A stretch of DNA of 64,000 nt from NCBI GenBank assembly GCA_951406725.2, contig OX597823.1, forward strand, positions 16,430,001-16,494,000. Direction: 5' to 3'. The stretch comes from Octopus vulgaris (lineage: Eukaryota). A program made the translations under genes and the position numbers. The notes below the pieces were generated by a model. It saw only the letters and a program-made list of their open reading frames with translations. It was not told where the DNA came from and did not search any database. This document shows positions 36,600 to 49,976 of this stretch, in pieces; within the stretch, counting starts at the first letter, position 1; each line of letters begins with the position of its first letter.

Positions 36600-39120
36600 C
36601 AGTGAGAGCTAGGCTTACTATTTAAGTTACTTGGATTGTGGTCTTGTCTTTCTCATTGAGAGAGAAGTTTTATGAAAAAGCAATACCATCTCACTAACTG
36701 CTACCGCTGTTGTTGCTGACATACCTTCCCCATTTTCCATTTTCTTTTATGCTAGCACTCTGTTTATTCCTCCAGGAGCATCTTATACAAAAGTATGAGA
36801 TATATAGGAAGTAACAAGACATTGTGGAGGATCAGCAACTGATCAAGGCAGAAGTATTTCCAAATCTTCAATAGGCACAGGCATGGCTGTGTGGTAAGTA
36901 GCTTGCTTACCAACCACATGGTTCTGGGTTCAGTCCCACTGCATGGCACCTTGGGCAAGTGTCTTCTGCTATAGCCTCGGGCCAACCAAAGCCTTGTGAG
37001 TGGATTTGGTAGACAGAAACTGAAAGAAGCCTGTCGAATATATGTATATATATATGTGTGTATATGTATGTGTGTCTGGGTTTGTCCCCCCAACATTGCT
37101 TCACAACCGATGGCGGTATGTTTACGTCCCCGTAACTTAACAGTTCAGCAAAAGAGACCGATAGAATAAGTACTAGGCTTACAAAGAATAAGTCCTGGGG
37201 TCGATTTGCTCGACTAAAGGCGGTGCTCCAGCATGGCCACAGTCAAATGACTGAAACAAGTAAAAGAGGAAGTCTATCCTGTGGAATGTCATTTTATTAA
37301 GCAGACAGAGCATTAGAGAGGAGTGAAAAGTAGTCATTTGTATAGGTGTAGATGTTAACAGAAATAGCAGAAATAAATTATGGTCGCACAACTAGCTGAA
37401 CCTTGAAGTATGCCAGAGTTAAAGGAAAAGAAGGGAGTCAGAGAGGGCTCCATTAGTGCAATGGAGCAATGGAGCAAACTGTTTGACTTGTTAATTCAAG
37501 AGATGACTAATGCATCAATTCCATAAACATGGAACTTAACTAAGAGTTTTAAAGCCAGATACAATTGAATGTTTTGATATTAAAGGCGACAGGCATTGCT
37601 TTTGATAAAGTTTACAAAGATAAGAAGCTACAGTTTTGAAACATTAGGAAATGATAGTGGTAATGACTTAAGGAGATATTGACTTAAAATGTTAAGGAGG
37701 TGGTTGACAGAAGTTGATAAAGGTTGCCCTTCTTGAGAACATGACACACTATTGTAAATATTCATAGCTTGGAGTAGAGCTCTGTAGAGAGAAAAGAATT
37801 TTAAAGTTTGGTGAGGTAGAAGCTAGTTCCAGAACAGACATAGGCAACTTTTTTTCTTGCAGTACACCTGGTCTGATATTGCTCTTAATTATTGAACAAA
37901 CATAATATGTAGTACATTGTACACCATGTGTTACATGAAGCAAATTTTGAGCATTTGATCAAGAGAAAGCATAAGTGGATGAGAGTGCAACAAAATTTTG
38001 TTCAGATTAACAGAAATGCACTTGAAGATTATGTTACAAAATTCCAGTTAAAACTTATTGTAGATGTACTGTACTTCCACTATGGGTCACCTCTTCTGAT
38101 TCATTATATATATTATATACTCTCTTTACTTGTTTCAGTCATTTGACTGCGGCCATGCTGGAGCACCGCCTTTAATCGAGCAACTCGACCCCGGGACTTA
38201 TTCTTTTTGTAAGCCCAGTACTTATTCTATCGGTCTCTTTTGCCGAACCGCTAAGTAATGGGGACATAAACACACCAGCATCCGTTGCTAAGCAATGCTA
38301 GGGGGACAAACACAGACACACAAACACACACGCATATATATACATATATACGACAGGCTTCTATCAGTTTCCTTCTACCAAATCCACTCACAAGGCCTTG
38401 GTCGGCCCGAGGCTATAGTAGAAGACACTTGCCCAAGGTGCCACGCAGTGGGACTGAACCCAGAACCATGTGGTTAGCAAACAAGCTACTTTCCACACAG
38501 CCCACGACATTATACAAACAAAAATTTTCTAAAGAGAGCAAGTTGCTCATACCTGTTCAGAGAGTATAATGTTTTTGGTTGAAGAAAGAGACATCAAGAC
38601 TAGCCACCTTGTTTGGTTTAAAGTGGACAAACAAGTACACACTTTAATAATTGTGTCTGTGTAGTAGTAAGACAGGTGGAGTAGAGAAAAAGAATTTAGG
38701 AAACAGCTTAGGTGTATGCGTGGTATGTCATCTCGCTTGAGAAATGGTAATGATAAGATTTTCACCTGTTATACAGACAAAAGTCACCAAAATACTTTGT
38801 TGTAATTTGAGAAGCAAGAAAGATTTTAGTTCCAACTGTAATAGGACATATTTCATTTTCCATTGGTTTTTCTGCAGGAGTTGAAATGGTAGGAGAAATT
38901 CCTCCAGTTAGTACAGGGGAAAAACGTACATGCATACATTCACAGCCTAGACAATATAAAGAAAAATGGTTAGGGAAAGGGAATGAAAGATTTATGTCTG
39001 AGAAAGGAATAATATTTGATGCATATTTTGTGTAAAGTATTGTGTATGATGGGGGCTGAACTGAATTTCATGGATATTGATGCAAGATAGGGAAGATTGT
39101 CCAACAATTCGATTATTCTT
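36600..39120 (-). mobile_element. Old CR1/L2-group LINE relic carrying two family A SINEs (36872-37268 +, 38118-38501 -)
   Basis: Minus-strand VLKKGN and VAFNIKTFNCIW..LLVKFHVYGI (about VALDISKAFDRVW..LL.KL..YGI). Confidence 0.6.
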
Positions 39121-39299
39121 GGTATTTAATAATAATAATAATAATAATTGTCTACAGTGCTCAGGTGCACTACAACTCATCTAAAGTGTATATATAATCA
39201 GGTGTAGTTTCGGCAATCCCCAAGTCAGCTCTGGTTGATAGCTCTCTAAGCTAGCTGGTAGCTCTCTAAGCTCTCTCCCAGCTGAGAGGATAGCTTTCT

Positions 39300-42200
39300 A
39301 AGCTTTTCTCTCTCCATTATTACTCTGACTACTATACTTTTAGAACGTCTAATTCTGCTGCCAATTAGAACATCTCAGTAACATAACTTACCATCTACTT
39401 CTGGGGAACTTTACTAGCATTTGAAAGAATATATTTCATTGGTGTTCTTACATCTAACTACCGAGGTGCATCTCCAATTTATGAAATCTTCCTTTGCTGC
39501 CAGCCATTCTGTGACTCTTTTACACATTTTATGCAGACATTTCTTACATCGAGTACACTGTATGGAATTCTTACCTATTCTTTCTCTGCTTGTTTAGCAT
39601 AGTCATTCCCAGGTGACAATAGGATTTTGTCTTCTGCCCTACTAAATAAAACATTTGTTTCTATTAGGTTTACAAGCAGGTCTCTTCATTCTAGGCTTTT
39701 CCCCAATACATGGAATTTCTTGTTATGGTCTCAAAAGCTGTAACAGGAAGGGGCTGAAAATTGATTTCTGATAGACACCTGCCATCATACTAAATTCTTC
39801 ACTGAATTCACTGTCAATACTCACTTTACTGACAGCATCTCTGAGCATAGTTTTCACAGCTCTGACAAGCCGTTCATAATAATAATAATAATAATAATAA
39901 TAATTGTGTACAGTGCTCAGGTGCACTACAACTCATCTAAAGTGTATATATAATCAGGTGAAGTTTCGGCGGATTTCGGAAAGCATGAGGGCCTTAAAAG
40001 ATGCAGTGTCATGGCAGTCAACAACTGACGCAGGCAGTTTATTCCATGCTTCAGCAACTCTGAGCGTGAAAAAATGTTTCCGAAAGTCATGGGAGCTGTA
40101 TTGTTTTCTGACTTTGTAGGCATGTCCACGTGTGTTAGACACATGGAGATCAAAAAGGTGTTCAGTGTTGTTGTTGGTGAGGTGGTTGATAACTTTGTGG
40201 GTGTTTACCAAGTCCGTCGCCAAACGCCGGAGCTTCAGTGAATCCATGCCCAGGGAAACAAGGCGCTCAGAATATGGTAGGTGTCTGATGGAGGGTATGC
40301 GTTTGGTTGCACGTCTCTGGACAGATTCCAGGAGGTCAATGTTCTGTGCAAGATAGGGGTTCCAAACTGATGATGCGAATTCCAAGTGTGGTCGTACCAT
40401 AGCTGTATACAGTTTTAAATAGATGGCTGGAGAGCGGCTAACAAAAGACCTGCTGAGTGATGCCAAGACACCCTCGGCCTTCCTGACAATCTTAGAGATA
40501 TGCTTTGACCAACGCAAATCACTGCTGACAGTGATGCCTAGGTCACGCTCGCAAGAGGATTTCTTGATATCAGTGTTGTGGAGGGAGTATGTGAACGCAG
40601 GGTTTTTTCTCCCAAAATGCATGGTGGTACACTTGTCCACAGCCAGTTTCAGTTGCCAGTCTGTGATCCATTGCTGCATTGTGTCTAGGTCTGATTGCAG
40701 GAAAGAGTTGTAGACATCAGGATCTGTCCTCTTGATTTCAAGGTACAGCTTGATGTCGTCTGCATATTTCAATACTGTGGCATTCCTTAAATTGGCATCT
40801 ATGTCGTTAATGTATGCCACAAACAAGAGGGGGCCAAGGACAGATCCCTGTGGTACACCCGATGACATCTCATATGGTGTAGAGTGCTGTCCTAGAACTG
40901 TGACTACCTCCTTTCGGCTGAGGATGAAGGATTTCAACCAGTTAAAAAGGTCATCCCCCACACCCATTGCAGAGAGTTTCACCATAAGCCTTTTGTGTGG
41001 CACAGAGTTGAAAGCCTTAGCAAAGTCAAGGTAGACAACATCCACCCATGAGCCACTGTCAGTAATCTGAGTAATGTCCTCAAGGAACTCGACAAGCTGG
41101 TCACTGCAGCTGGAGTTAGGGACAAATCCATATTGTGAGGGTCGGATGAGACTGTGAGAGCTCCAGAAGTTCCAGAGTGTTTCTCTGACACATGATTCCA
41201 TCAGTTTTGCAATACAGCTAGTGAGACTGACTGGGCGATAGTTGACAGGTGATGTGCGGTCGCCCTTTTTGAACAGAGGAATGACACTGGCAGTTTTCCA
41301 CTGCTCCGGAGTAGCACCATTGTTGAGACAGTACTGGAAGAAAATAGAAAGCTGGTGTAAAAGGAAGTGCCTGCCACGTTTGAGAAGCAGGTATGTAACT
41401 CCATCGAGACCAGGGGAGGCATAGTTGCGCTTATTTTGAAGGTGACGTCGCAGCATTGCAGGTGTAAATTCCATAGTTGTTATGGAGTTTGCTGTTAGTG
41501 ATGGTGAAGATGGTACATTTTGACTTTCAACAGTGAATATGTTTGCATAGCACTCGGCAATGAGTTCTGCGCATTCCTTGGGGTCGTCAGTGATCATCTA
41601 CATTTAGCTTTATTAGTGAACATCAGACTACAAAGTATGGTACCTCATCAAAGGCCTTCCCCAGATCAACAAATGCTAGGTATAGTGGTTTTTTCAAACT
41701 AATAAATTATGTATTTTTCTTGCCAAGAAATCAGTAAGAGAACATCAATGGTATCCTATCTTGTCACGAACCCAAATTGCATCTAATTTAAGCTAATTTT
41801 CTTCCTAATAAGTGGTGCTATAACTTTTTGTTATTTTCATAACTTGATCTATCTGTCTGATGCCTCTGTATCAAGAAAGAAAGATCACTTTGATGCTCTT
41901 TTCTGGAGCATCACCTTTGCTCTTGTATAAAAATAAATACGCCCTTTTAAAGCCTAGCCCGGCTCACAGGCCTGGTTTCCCAGTTTCTATGGCGTATGTG
42001 TTCCCCACCTGGATGGGTCGCCAGTCCATCGCAGCGTTACTCATTTTTGCCAGCTGAATGGACTGGAGCAACGTGAAATGAAGTGTTTTGCTCAAGAACA
42101 CAACGCGTCGCCTGGTCCAGGAATCGAAACCACAATCTTACGATCATGATGCTGACACCCTAACCACTAAGCCACACGCCTCCACTGTATCCGTTGATAA

Positions 42201-43300
42201 TAATCTTGCTATCCCAGTGATACTCTTTCCTCCTTGCACTACCTGATTCATTCTGTGAATGACTAACCCCTGTCATAATATTGTACTTTACGGATATTTT
42301 CAGCATCTCAGTTACTGTCCCTGATGGTCTTCTGCCCTCCCAGCCTTCAGATCTGTAATCATGCATTTGACTATATAACTATCAACTTCAGTAGCTGATC
42401 CCTCAAATAGTTCTTTCTCTCACACATTCTCTCCTTTTATCAATTCTCATAACATCTCCAAGCCCGCTTTTTCTGAATACCAGCAACGATAAATGCACCA
42501 GCCATTTCAAATTCACTTTTCCCCAACAATGTCTTGCTTCACACCAATACACTACCTTGCAATCCAGAACACCTCACACCTTTAATCTTCTCATCACAGA
42601 ACATTGACAACATAGGTGCAGGAGTGGCTGTGTAGTAGGTACCTTGCTTACCAACATGGTTCCGGGTTCAGTCCCACTACGTGGCACCTTCGGCTAGTGT
42701 CTTCTATTATAGCCTTGGGCCGACCAAAGCCTTGTGAGTGAATTTGGTTGACGGAAACTGAAAGAAGCCTGTCGTATATATGTATATATATGTGTGTGTG
42801 TGAATGTTTGTGTGTCTGTGTTTGTCCCCCCAACATCGCTTGACAACTGATGCTGGTGAGTTTACATCCCCGTAACTTAGAGTTTTGGCAAAAAACAACT
42901 GATAGAATAAGTACTAGGCTTCCAAAGAATAAGTCCTGGGGTCGATTTGCTCGACTAAAGGCGGTGCTCCAGCATGGCCGCAGTCAAATGACTGAAACAA
43001 GTAATAGAGTAAAAGAGTAACCCTCTTAACTTTAAGCTTTGCTAAGTATACTAAACAGATGTGAAGCTTCTCTTCCAATCTTTCTAAGTTCATCTATTAA
43101 CCTTTATAGCTCTATCTATTGTACCATTCCAGTACTATGACACCTTCCATCAGGTTGGATCTTGTTCAAACCATAGATCTAGTCTGTTGTTCACAGCAGA
43201 TTGTCTCATAAAAATTCCCTAATAACTCCCTGTCTCTTCTTCTACAGGGTTCTTGCTGAGATTTCTCTGAATTTTCGTCCAGCAAACTGTTTTATCAGTT
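39300..43300 (-). mobile_element. Old RTE-clade LINE relic split by a younger CR1-group insertion and SINEs
   Basis: RLVRAVKTMLRDAVSKVSIDSEFSEEFSMMAGVYQKSIFSPFL (about GVHQGSVLSPLLF) at 39725-39875. Decayed continuation beyond 41600. Includes SINE C at 41932-42185(-) and SINE A at 42613-43020(+). Confidence 0.6.
39954..41597 (-). CDS. Reverse transcriptase ORF (547 aa, uninterrupted) of a 5'-truncated CR1/L2-group LINE, element about 39877-41600
   Basis: SPGLDG, KKGDRTSPVNYRPVSLTS, QYGF, YLDFAKAFNSVPH, GVPQGSVLGPLLF, YADDIK, ERDLG, RPHLEF. (ATT)n tail. No endonuclease domain or ORF1. Confidence 0.95.
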   Translation of the reverse strand: MITDDPKECAELIAECYANIFTVESQNVPSSPSLTANSITTMEFTPAMLRRHLQNKRNYASPGLDGVTYLLLKRGRHFLLHQLSIFFQYCLNNGATPEQWKTASVIPLFKKGDRTSPVNYRPVSLTSCIAKLMESCVRETLWNFWSSHSLIRPSQYGFVPNSSCSDQLVEFLEDITQITDSGSWVDVVYLDFAKAFNSVPHKRLMVKLSAMGVGDDLFNWLKSFILSRKEVVTVLGQHSTPYEMSSGVPQGSVLGPLLFVAYINDIDANLRNATVLKYADDIKLYLEIKRTDPDVYNSFLQSDLDTMQQWITDWQLKLAVDKCTTMHFGRKNPAFTYSLHNTDIKKSSCERDLGITVSSDLRWSKHISKIVRKAEGVLASLSRSFVSRSPAIYLKLYTAMVRPHLEFASSVWNPYLAQNIDLLESVQRRATKRIPSIRHLPYSERLVSLGMDSLKLRRLATDLVNTHKVINHLTNNNTEHLFDLHVSNTRGHAYKVRKQYSSHDFRKHFFTLRVAEAWNKLPASVVDCHDTASFKALMLSEIRRNFT

Positions 43301-43449
43301 TCTTTATATTTTCATTGTAATTACAAATCTCTAACCAACACAATTACAAAAGTTCTGTTGCTCAAAATATACTTTCGTTCTAATCCAGAATTACTTAAAA
43401 TGATTTACTGAAAATTCTAAGCGTTTACCATATACAAAGGATCACTCAC

Positions 43450-43900
43450 TATATACTGAGCGATATCATATGTAATATTATAAATTGTTGTTAAAAAAAT
43501 AAGAAAAATTAAACTCTTGTTTTAAGTACTCCTACTACCCACCGATAAATGAATCACAAAATATTTGCCGTTGACAACACGGATGCACCCGTAAACACAC
43601 ACACAACACACACTGCTAAAAAGACAGTCAAAGGGAGTTAAAAATATGGGAATAACAATGAGTTACTTCCCCTGCATTGACGTTGTCGTTTTGATGATTA
43701 AATATGTGATGTTAATTTAAAGAATTATTTAGTTTCCATTTTTATTCTCATTTATTTAAACAATCGTTATAATTTTTTGTGAACTGAAACATAACTTGCG
43801 ATTTTGTTCGCAACCAAATAGATCGTTCTCTTTCTATATATGTTTTCTTTTCTTCTTTTTAATCTTGACCGATCTTATGCTTGACAGTAAGGATGTAAAG
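43450..43900. promoter_or_regulatory. Candidate bidirectional promoter with divergent first exons
   Basis: Unique CpG-retaining sequence. Minus-strand donor AG|GTACTT at about 43530 and plus-strand donor CA|GTAAGG at about 43887. Confidence 0.4.
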
Positions 43901-43917
43901 AAAAGCATCTTGTTTTA

Positions 43918-44251
43918 TAATAATATATAATGAAATTATTGTATACAGTGCTCAGGTGCACCACAACTTGTCAGAGTATATGCAGTAATGTACAAATGTC
44001 TGGAAAGCGAACAATGTATGAGTCAGATAGATGCCTGTGTGTGTATGGAGGGGAGAAAATCAGGTGTAGTGTTGGCGAATCTCAGGAAGCATGGAAGTTT
44101 TGAAGGATGCAGTGCTCCGACAACTAACAACTGATGCCGGCAGTTTGTTTCATGCTTCAGCAACCCTCAGCGTGAAAAAATGTTTCCTGAAGTCATGGGA
44201 GCTGTGCTGTTTTCTGACTTTGTAAATATGTCCACGGGTGTTAGATGGGTG
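43918..44251 (-). mobile_element. CR1/L2-group LINE 3' fragment
   Basis: Matches 19240-19600. Confidence 0.9.
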
Positions 44252-44379
44252 CAGTTTTCTTCATCGTCCTTTAAATCTAACAAAAATATCTTGCAGGGTA
44301 TGAATTTAGGTGTTTCATTTTCTCCCACAAGAACTCAAGTTCAGTCATACTTTGTCCCAGGCAGGTTGATACGTTTCTT

Positions 44380-44804
44380 CTAAGGCGGCGAGCTGGCAGG
44401 ATCGTTAGCACGCCGGGCGAAATGCTTAGCAGTATTTCGTCTGCCGTTACGTTGTGAGTTCAAATTCCACCGAGGTCGACTTTGCTTTTCATCCTTTCGG
44501 GGTCGATAAATTAAGTACCAGTTACGCACTGGGGGCGATGTAATCGCCTTAATACCTATGTCTGTCCTTGTTTGTCCCCTTTGTGTTTGGCCCCTTTGTG
44601 GGTAATAAAGAAATAGAAATAGGTATTTCGTCTGCCGCTACGTTCTGAGTTCAAATTCCGCAGAAGTCGACTTTGCCTTTCATCCTTTAGGGGTCGATTA
44701 AATAAGTATCAGTTACGCACTGGGATCGATATAATCGACTTAATCCGTTTGTCCGTCCTTGTTTGTCCTCTCTGTGTTTAGTCCCTTGTGGATAGTAAAG
44801 TAAT
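44380..44804 (+). mobile_element. SINE family B dimer
   Basis: A full monomer plus a head-truncated second monomer inside one 17-bp TSD AGGTTGATACGTTTCTT. Confidence 0.85.
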
Positions 44805-45078
44805 AGGTTGATACGTTTCTTGTGGCTCCAGTGATGATAGGAATGAAACCGAAACCGTATCTTTAGCCCTGAATTTGCGAACTCTTTATCAATAGTCTAT
44901 AGATGTCCTCTTTCAATAGTATTTTTCTGACCACATTGGTGTCCAGAGGGCAATGTAAGTACCTACATAGCCACACATATTTCTCATTACGGTCGTTAAA
45001 ATCATTAAGCTATGACATTTGAAAATATAAATAAAATCATCAAAGAAGTATATTTATTACAGAATGGAAACAAAATTA

Positions 45079-45392
45079 TGGATGTTCTTTAAATTCTTCT
45101 TCAAATAAACCTTTATAAACTGCCAATTATAAACCCACGTGGGTTTGTTTATATTTCTGAAGAAAAAAGAAACCCTTTTCCAACACCCCTAACCCTAACC
45201 CTAACCCCCACCCCCCATATAAAAAAAAACCACTTTACGGAGAGTGACGATCTTCTTCTTCAAATGTAAACAAACACACGTGGCAGTTATGGTACTTGTA
45301 CCGAAAGATCGCCCTGTCTGTCTAGCTGTCTTTCTGATTAACTAGTTAACTAGAAATTGTGTTGAAAACTGCCGTTCAAAAGGAAAAGATCC
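45079..45392. mobile_element. Merlin-like MITE relic with (CCCTAA)n
   Basis: Right TIR AAAACTGCCGTTCAAAAGGAAAAGATCC. Confidence 0.6.
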
Positions 45393-45399
45393 ACTATTT

Positions 45400-46345
<946 letters not shown>

Positions 46346-46611
46346 ACCTTGACCTCTCACTGAATACTCAAGGAGCCTAGATAACTCAGAGACACAGTCC
46401 ACTCTAGTTTCCTCCATTGATTATTTCCTTACAGCAATTTTAAAATGTATTTATTACCAAACAGTTTGTCACAAACAAAGAACATGTAACTTCATAAAGT
46501 CAAGCAAAAGTGTTCTATCACTTGTCTTTACTTTAATCTTTGAATCCACCCCACACCCATACCCCACTTGCTTTTTTTCTTGTCTGTCTGTCTGCCTGTA
46601 TGTAAATATAC

Positions 46612-46770
46612 TTTCTCTTTTACTTGTTTCAGTCATTTGACTGCGGCCATGCTGGAGCACCACCTTTAATCAAGAAACTCGACCCCGGGACTTATTCTAT
46701 CGGTCTCTTTTGCCGAACCGCTAAGTAACGGAGACATAAACACACCAGCATTGGTTGTCAAGCAACACAA

Positions 46771-46826
<56 letters not shown>

Positions 46827-46972
46827 GACGGGCTTCTTTCAGTTTCCGTCTACCAAATCCACTCACAAGGCTATAGTAGAAGACACTTGCCCAAGGTGCC
46901 ACGCAGTGGGACTGAACCCGGAATCATGTGGTTGGTAAACAAGCTACTTACCACACAGCCACTCCTGCGCCT
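46612..46972 (-). mobile_element. SINE family A
   Basis: Copy with small internal deletions. Confidence 0.9.
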
Positions 46973-47194
46973 ATGTATGTATATATGTTCTTTTGAATGA
47001 AGGTGCATGGCTCAGTGGTTAGAGTGTCAGGCTCACATTCATGAGGTAGTGAGTTTGATTCCTGGTCCAGGCTGTGTTGTGTTCTTGAGCAGTTTCCTCA
47101 GCTGTAGAAATAAGTTGCGACATCATCACTGGTCCCAAGCTATATCAGTCTTTGCTTCACCCTTGGATAACATCAGTGGTGTGGAGAGGGGAGG

Positions 47195-48616
47195 TTTTTC
47201 TCACCCAGCTTTCTTATCTTTTATACTTTTCTCTCACCTCTCTCCCTCTCTTTCATGACCCTATGACCTGGAAGTTGTTGCTCTTCCATTACTTTCACAA
47301 ACAGCAGCAACTTTCTTCAGCTGAATACATGTCATTGACTGGTCAAAATTACCCAAATACGACAACTTTAACACGAAATAAGCATTAAGTGTAAACCATG
47401 TCCTACCTAACACATTCAACCAGTTTCCAAAGTTTCAAACTGCTTAGTTAAAACAAAATTAATTTAAAAATCTGTGACTGAGATTGATCCATATTCTTTT
47501 CCATTTTTCTGTTTAGTTTTAATATTTTATTTTAGGATGTAGGACTCTTGATAGTAAGGTTGTGGTTTCAGTTCCTGGACCGGGCAACATCACTGGTCCC
47601 AAGCTATACTGGTCTTTGCTCCACCATTGGATACCATCAGTGGTGTGGAGAAGGCAGGTTGATATGCATGGGTGACTGCTAGTCTTCTATAAACAACCTT
47701 GACCAGACTTGTGCTTCGGAGGGGAACTCTCTAGGTGCAATCCTGTGGTTATTTATGACCAAAGGGGATCTTTTTACATTTCTTTTAAGTGAAGTAAATT
47801 TATTACAAAATGAAAAGAAAATTATGGATCTCTGTTCATTAAATTTGTTTTAAGAAAATTTATGAACGAATATTCTAGGATCTTTTCAATCTCAGTCACA
47901 GATTTTTTAATTAATTTTTTAAACTTAACAGTTTGAAACTTTGGATACTGGTTGAATGTGTCACGTAGAACACGGTTTACTCTTAATTTTGTATTTTAGA
48001 AGTTATTTCGTGTTAAAGTTGTCGTATTTGGGTAATTTTAACCAATCAATGATGTGTATGCAGCTGAAGAAAGTTGCTGCTGTTTGCAAAAGTAATGGGA
48101 GAGCAACAAGATCCAGGTGATCTGTTTTGGACACTGAATACATATATGTATGTAAATACACAGAGACATGTATACATATACACACACACACAGACGACAA
48201 TACATACACACACATGCAACTTTTAGAATGCTGAGGAAAGGAAAGGGAGGTGGGTGTGAGGAATACATAGCTTTAAGGTGAGAGGGGGATTGTGAAGTTG
48301 GTGACAGTTGTTCATGCAGCGTTTCTGCTGTCCATCTCACACACACACACACACACACACACACATTCATATGCAAAGCTGATAAAATCCCAAATGGAAT
48401 CAAGGAAAAGGAGAGGGTTTAATAAATTGATATGCAGCGGTAGGGGATTGGTAAGTTTATATAAGCTGTTGCTCAGATTGTCAACACACCACCACTCTCT
48501 CCGTTCTCTCTCTCCCTCTACAATTTGCTGGAAATAACAGCCAAATCTCTCTCAATGTCACATACTAACATTATACAAACAAGAGGACACATTGGATAAG
48601 ATGGAAAAAATATACA

Positions 48617-48650
<34 letters not shown>

Positions 48651-49390
48651 TTCCCTGTAAAAGAACTTTCTGTTTTTCTCACCCACCTTTCTTATCTTTT
48701 ATATTTATCTCTCACCTCTCTCCCTCTCTTTCGTGACCCTATGACCTGGAAGTTGTTGCTCTTCCATTACTTTCACAAACAGCAGCAACTTTCTTCAGCT
48801 GAATACATGTCATTGACTGGTCAAAATTACCCAAATATGACAACTTTAACATGAAATAACTTCTAAAATACAAAATTAAGAGTAAACCATGTCCTACCTA
48901 ACACATTCAACCAGTATCCAAAGTTTCAAACTGTTTAGTTAAAACAAAATTAATTTAAAAATCTGTGACTGAGATTGATCCATATTCTTTTCCATTTTTC
49001 TGTTTAGTTTTAATATTTTATTTTAGGATGCAGGACTCTTGATAGTAAGGTTGTGGTTTCAGTTCCTGAACCAGGCGACATCACTGGTCCCAAGCTTTAC
49101 TGGTCTTTGCTTCACCCTTGGATACCATCAGTGGTGTGGATAGGGGAGGTTGATATGCATGGGCGACTGCTAGTCTTCCATAAACAACCTTGCCTAGACT
49201 TGTGCCTCAGAGGGAAACTTTCTAGGTGCAATCCCATGGTCATTCATGACCAAAGGGGATTGCACCTAGGTAAAAAGGGGATCTTTTTACCTTTCTTTTA
49301 AGTGAAGTAAATTTATTACAAAATGAAAAGAAAATTATGAATATCTGTTCTTGAAATTTCTTCTCAGAAAATTTATGAACGAATATTCTT
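47195..49390. repeat. About 700-bp direct duplication (47195-47877 / 48674-49388) containing a Merlin-like MITE and SINE, with an inverted MITE copy at 47878-48114
   Basis: Direct sequence comparison. The MITE body is homologous to 4743-5011. Confidence 0.85.
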
Positions 49391-49976
49391 TTCTATTTTT
49401 CTCTGTTTAGTTTTAATATTTTATTTTAGGGTGTATGACTCATGGTCATATGATTGTGGTTTCAATTCCTGGATCGGGCGACACAATGTGTTCTTGAGCA
49501 AAACATTTCATTTCATGTTGCTCCAATTCATTCAGCTGGTAAAAATGAACAACCCTGCAAGGGGCTGGCACCCCATCCAGGTGGGAAATATATAAGCCAC
49601 AGAAATTGGCCCTATGAGTTTATATGACTCAGGAAGGGTTTTTATCCTTTTTTATATCCTAATTTTAATAAGTTAGTTTCTTTTACAATATTACAAACCT
49701 TTTCCCATATGATCAGTTCCAAGCTGTTTTTAGATGTGGGGAGCTGTCAAGGGTAAAGATTTTTGCTGACTAAAGTCAGTTTGTTATACCAAGAGGATTC
49801 CACCGATATCCCACATATGAAAATGTAACATTTACTAGAAATGTCAAAATTTCCAGACTGTAGTCTGTTGTGTATAGAAACATAAATAGTTAAAAACTAA
49901 TGTGTTTTGATCTATTAAATGTTTCATTATTTTTCAATATTCTTTTACCTTCTTTTATTTAATTCTTTCTTGAATA

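Noticed and set aside
38547-38765. Minus-strand coding exon
   Set aside because: It lies within a decayed LINE relic and the translation is not protein-like.
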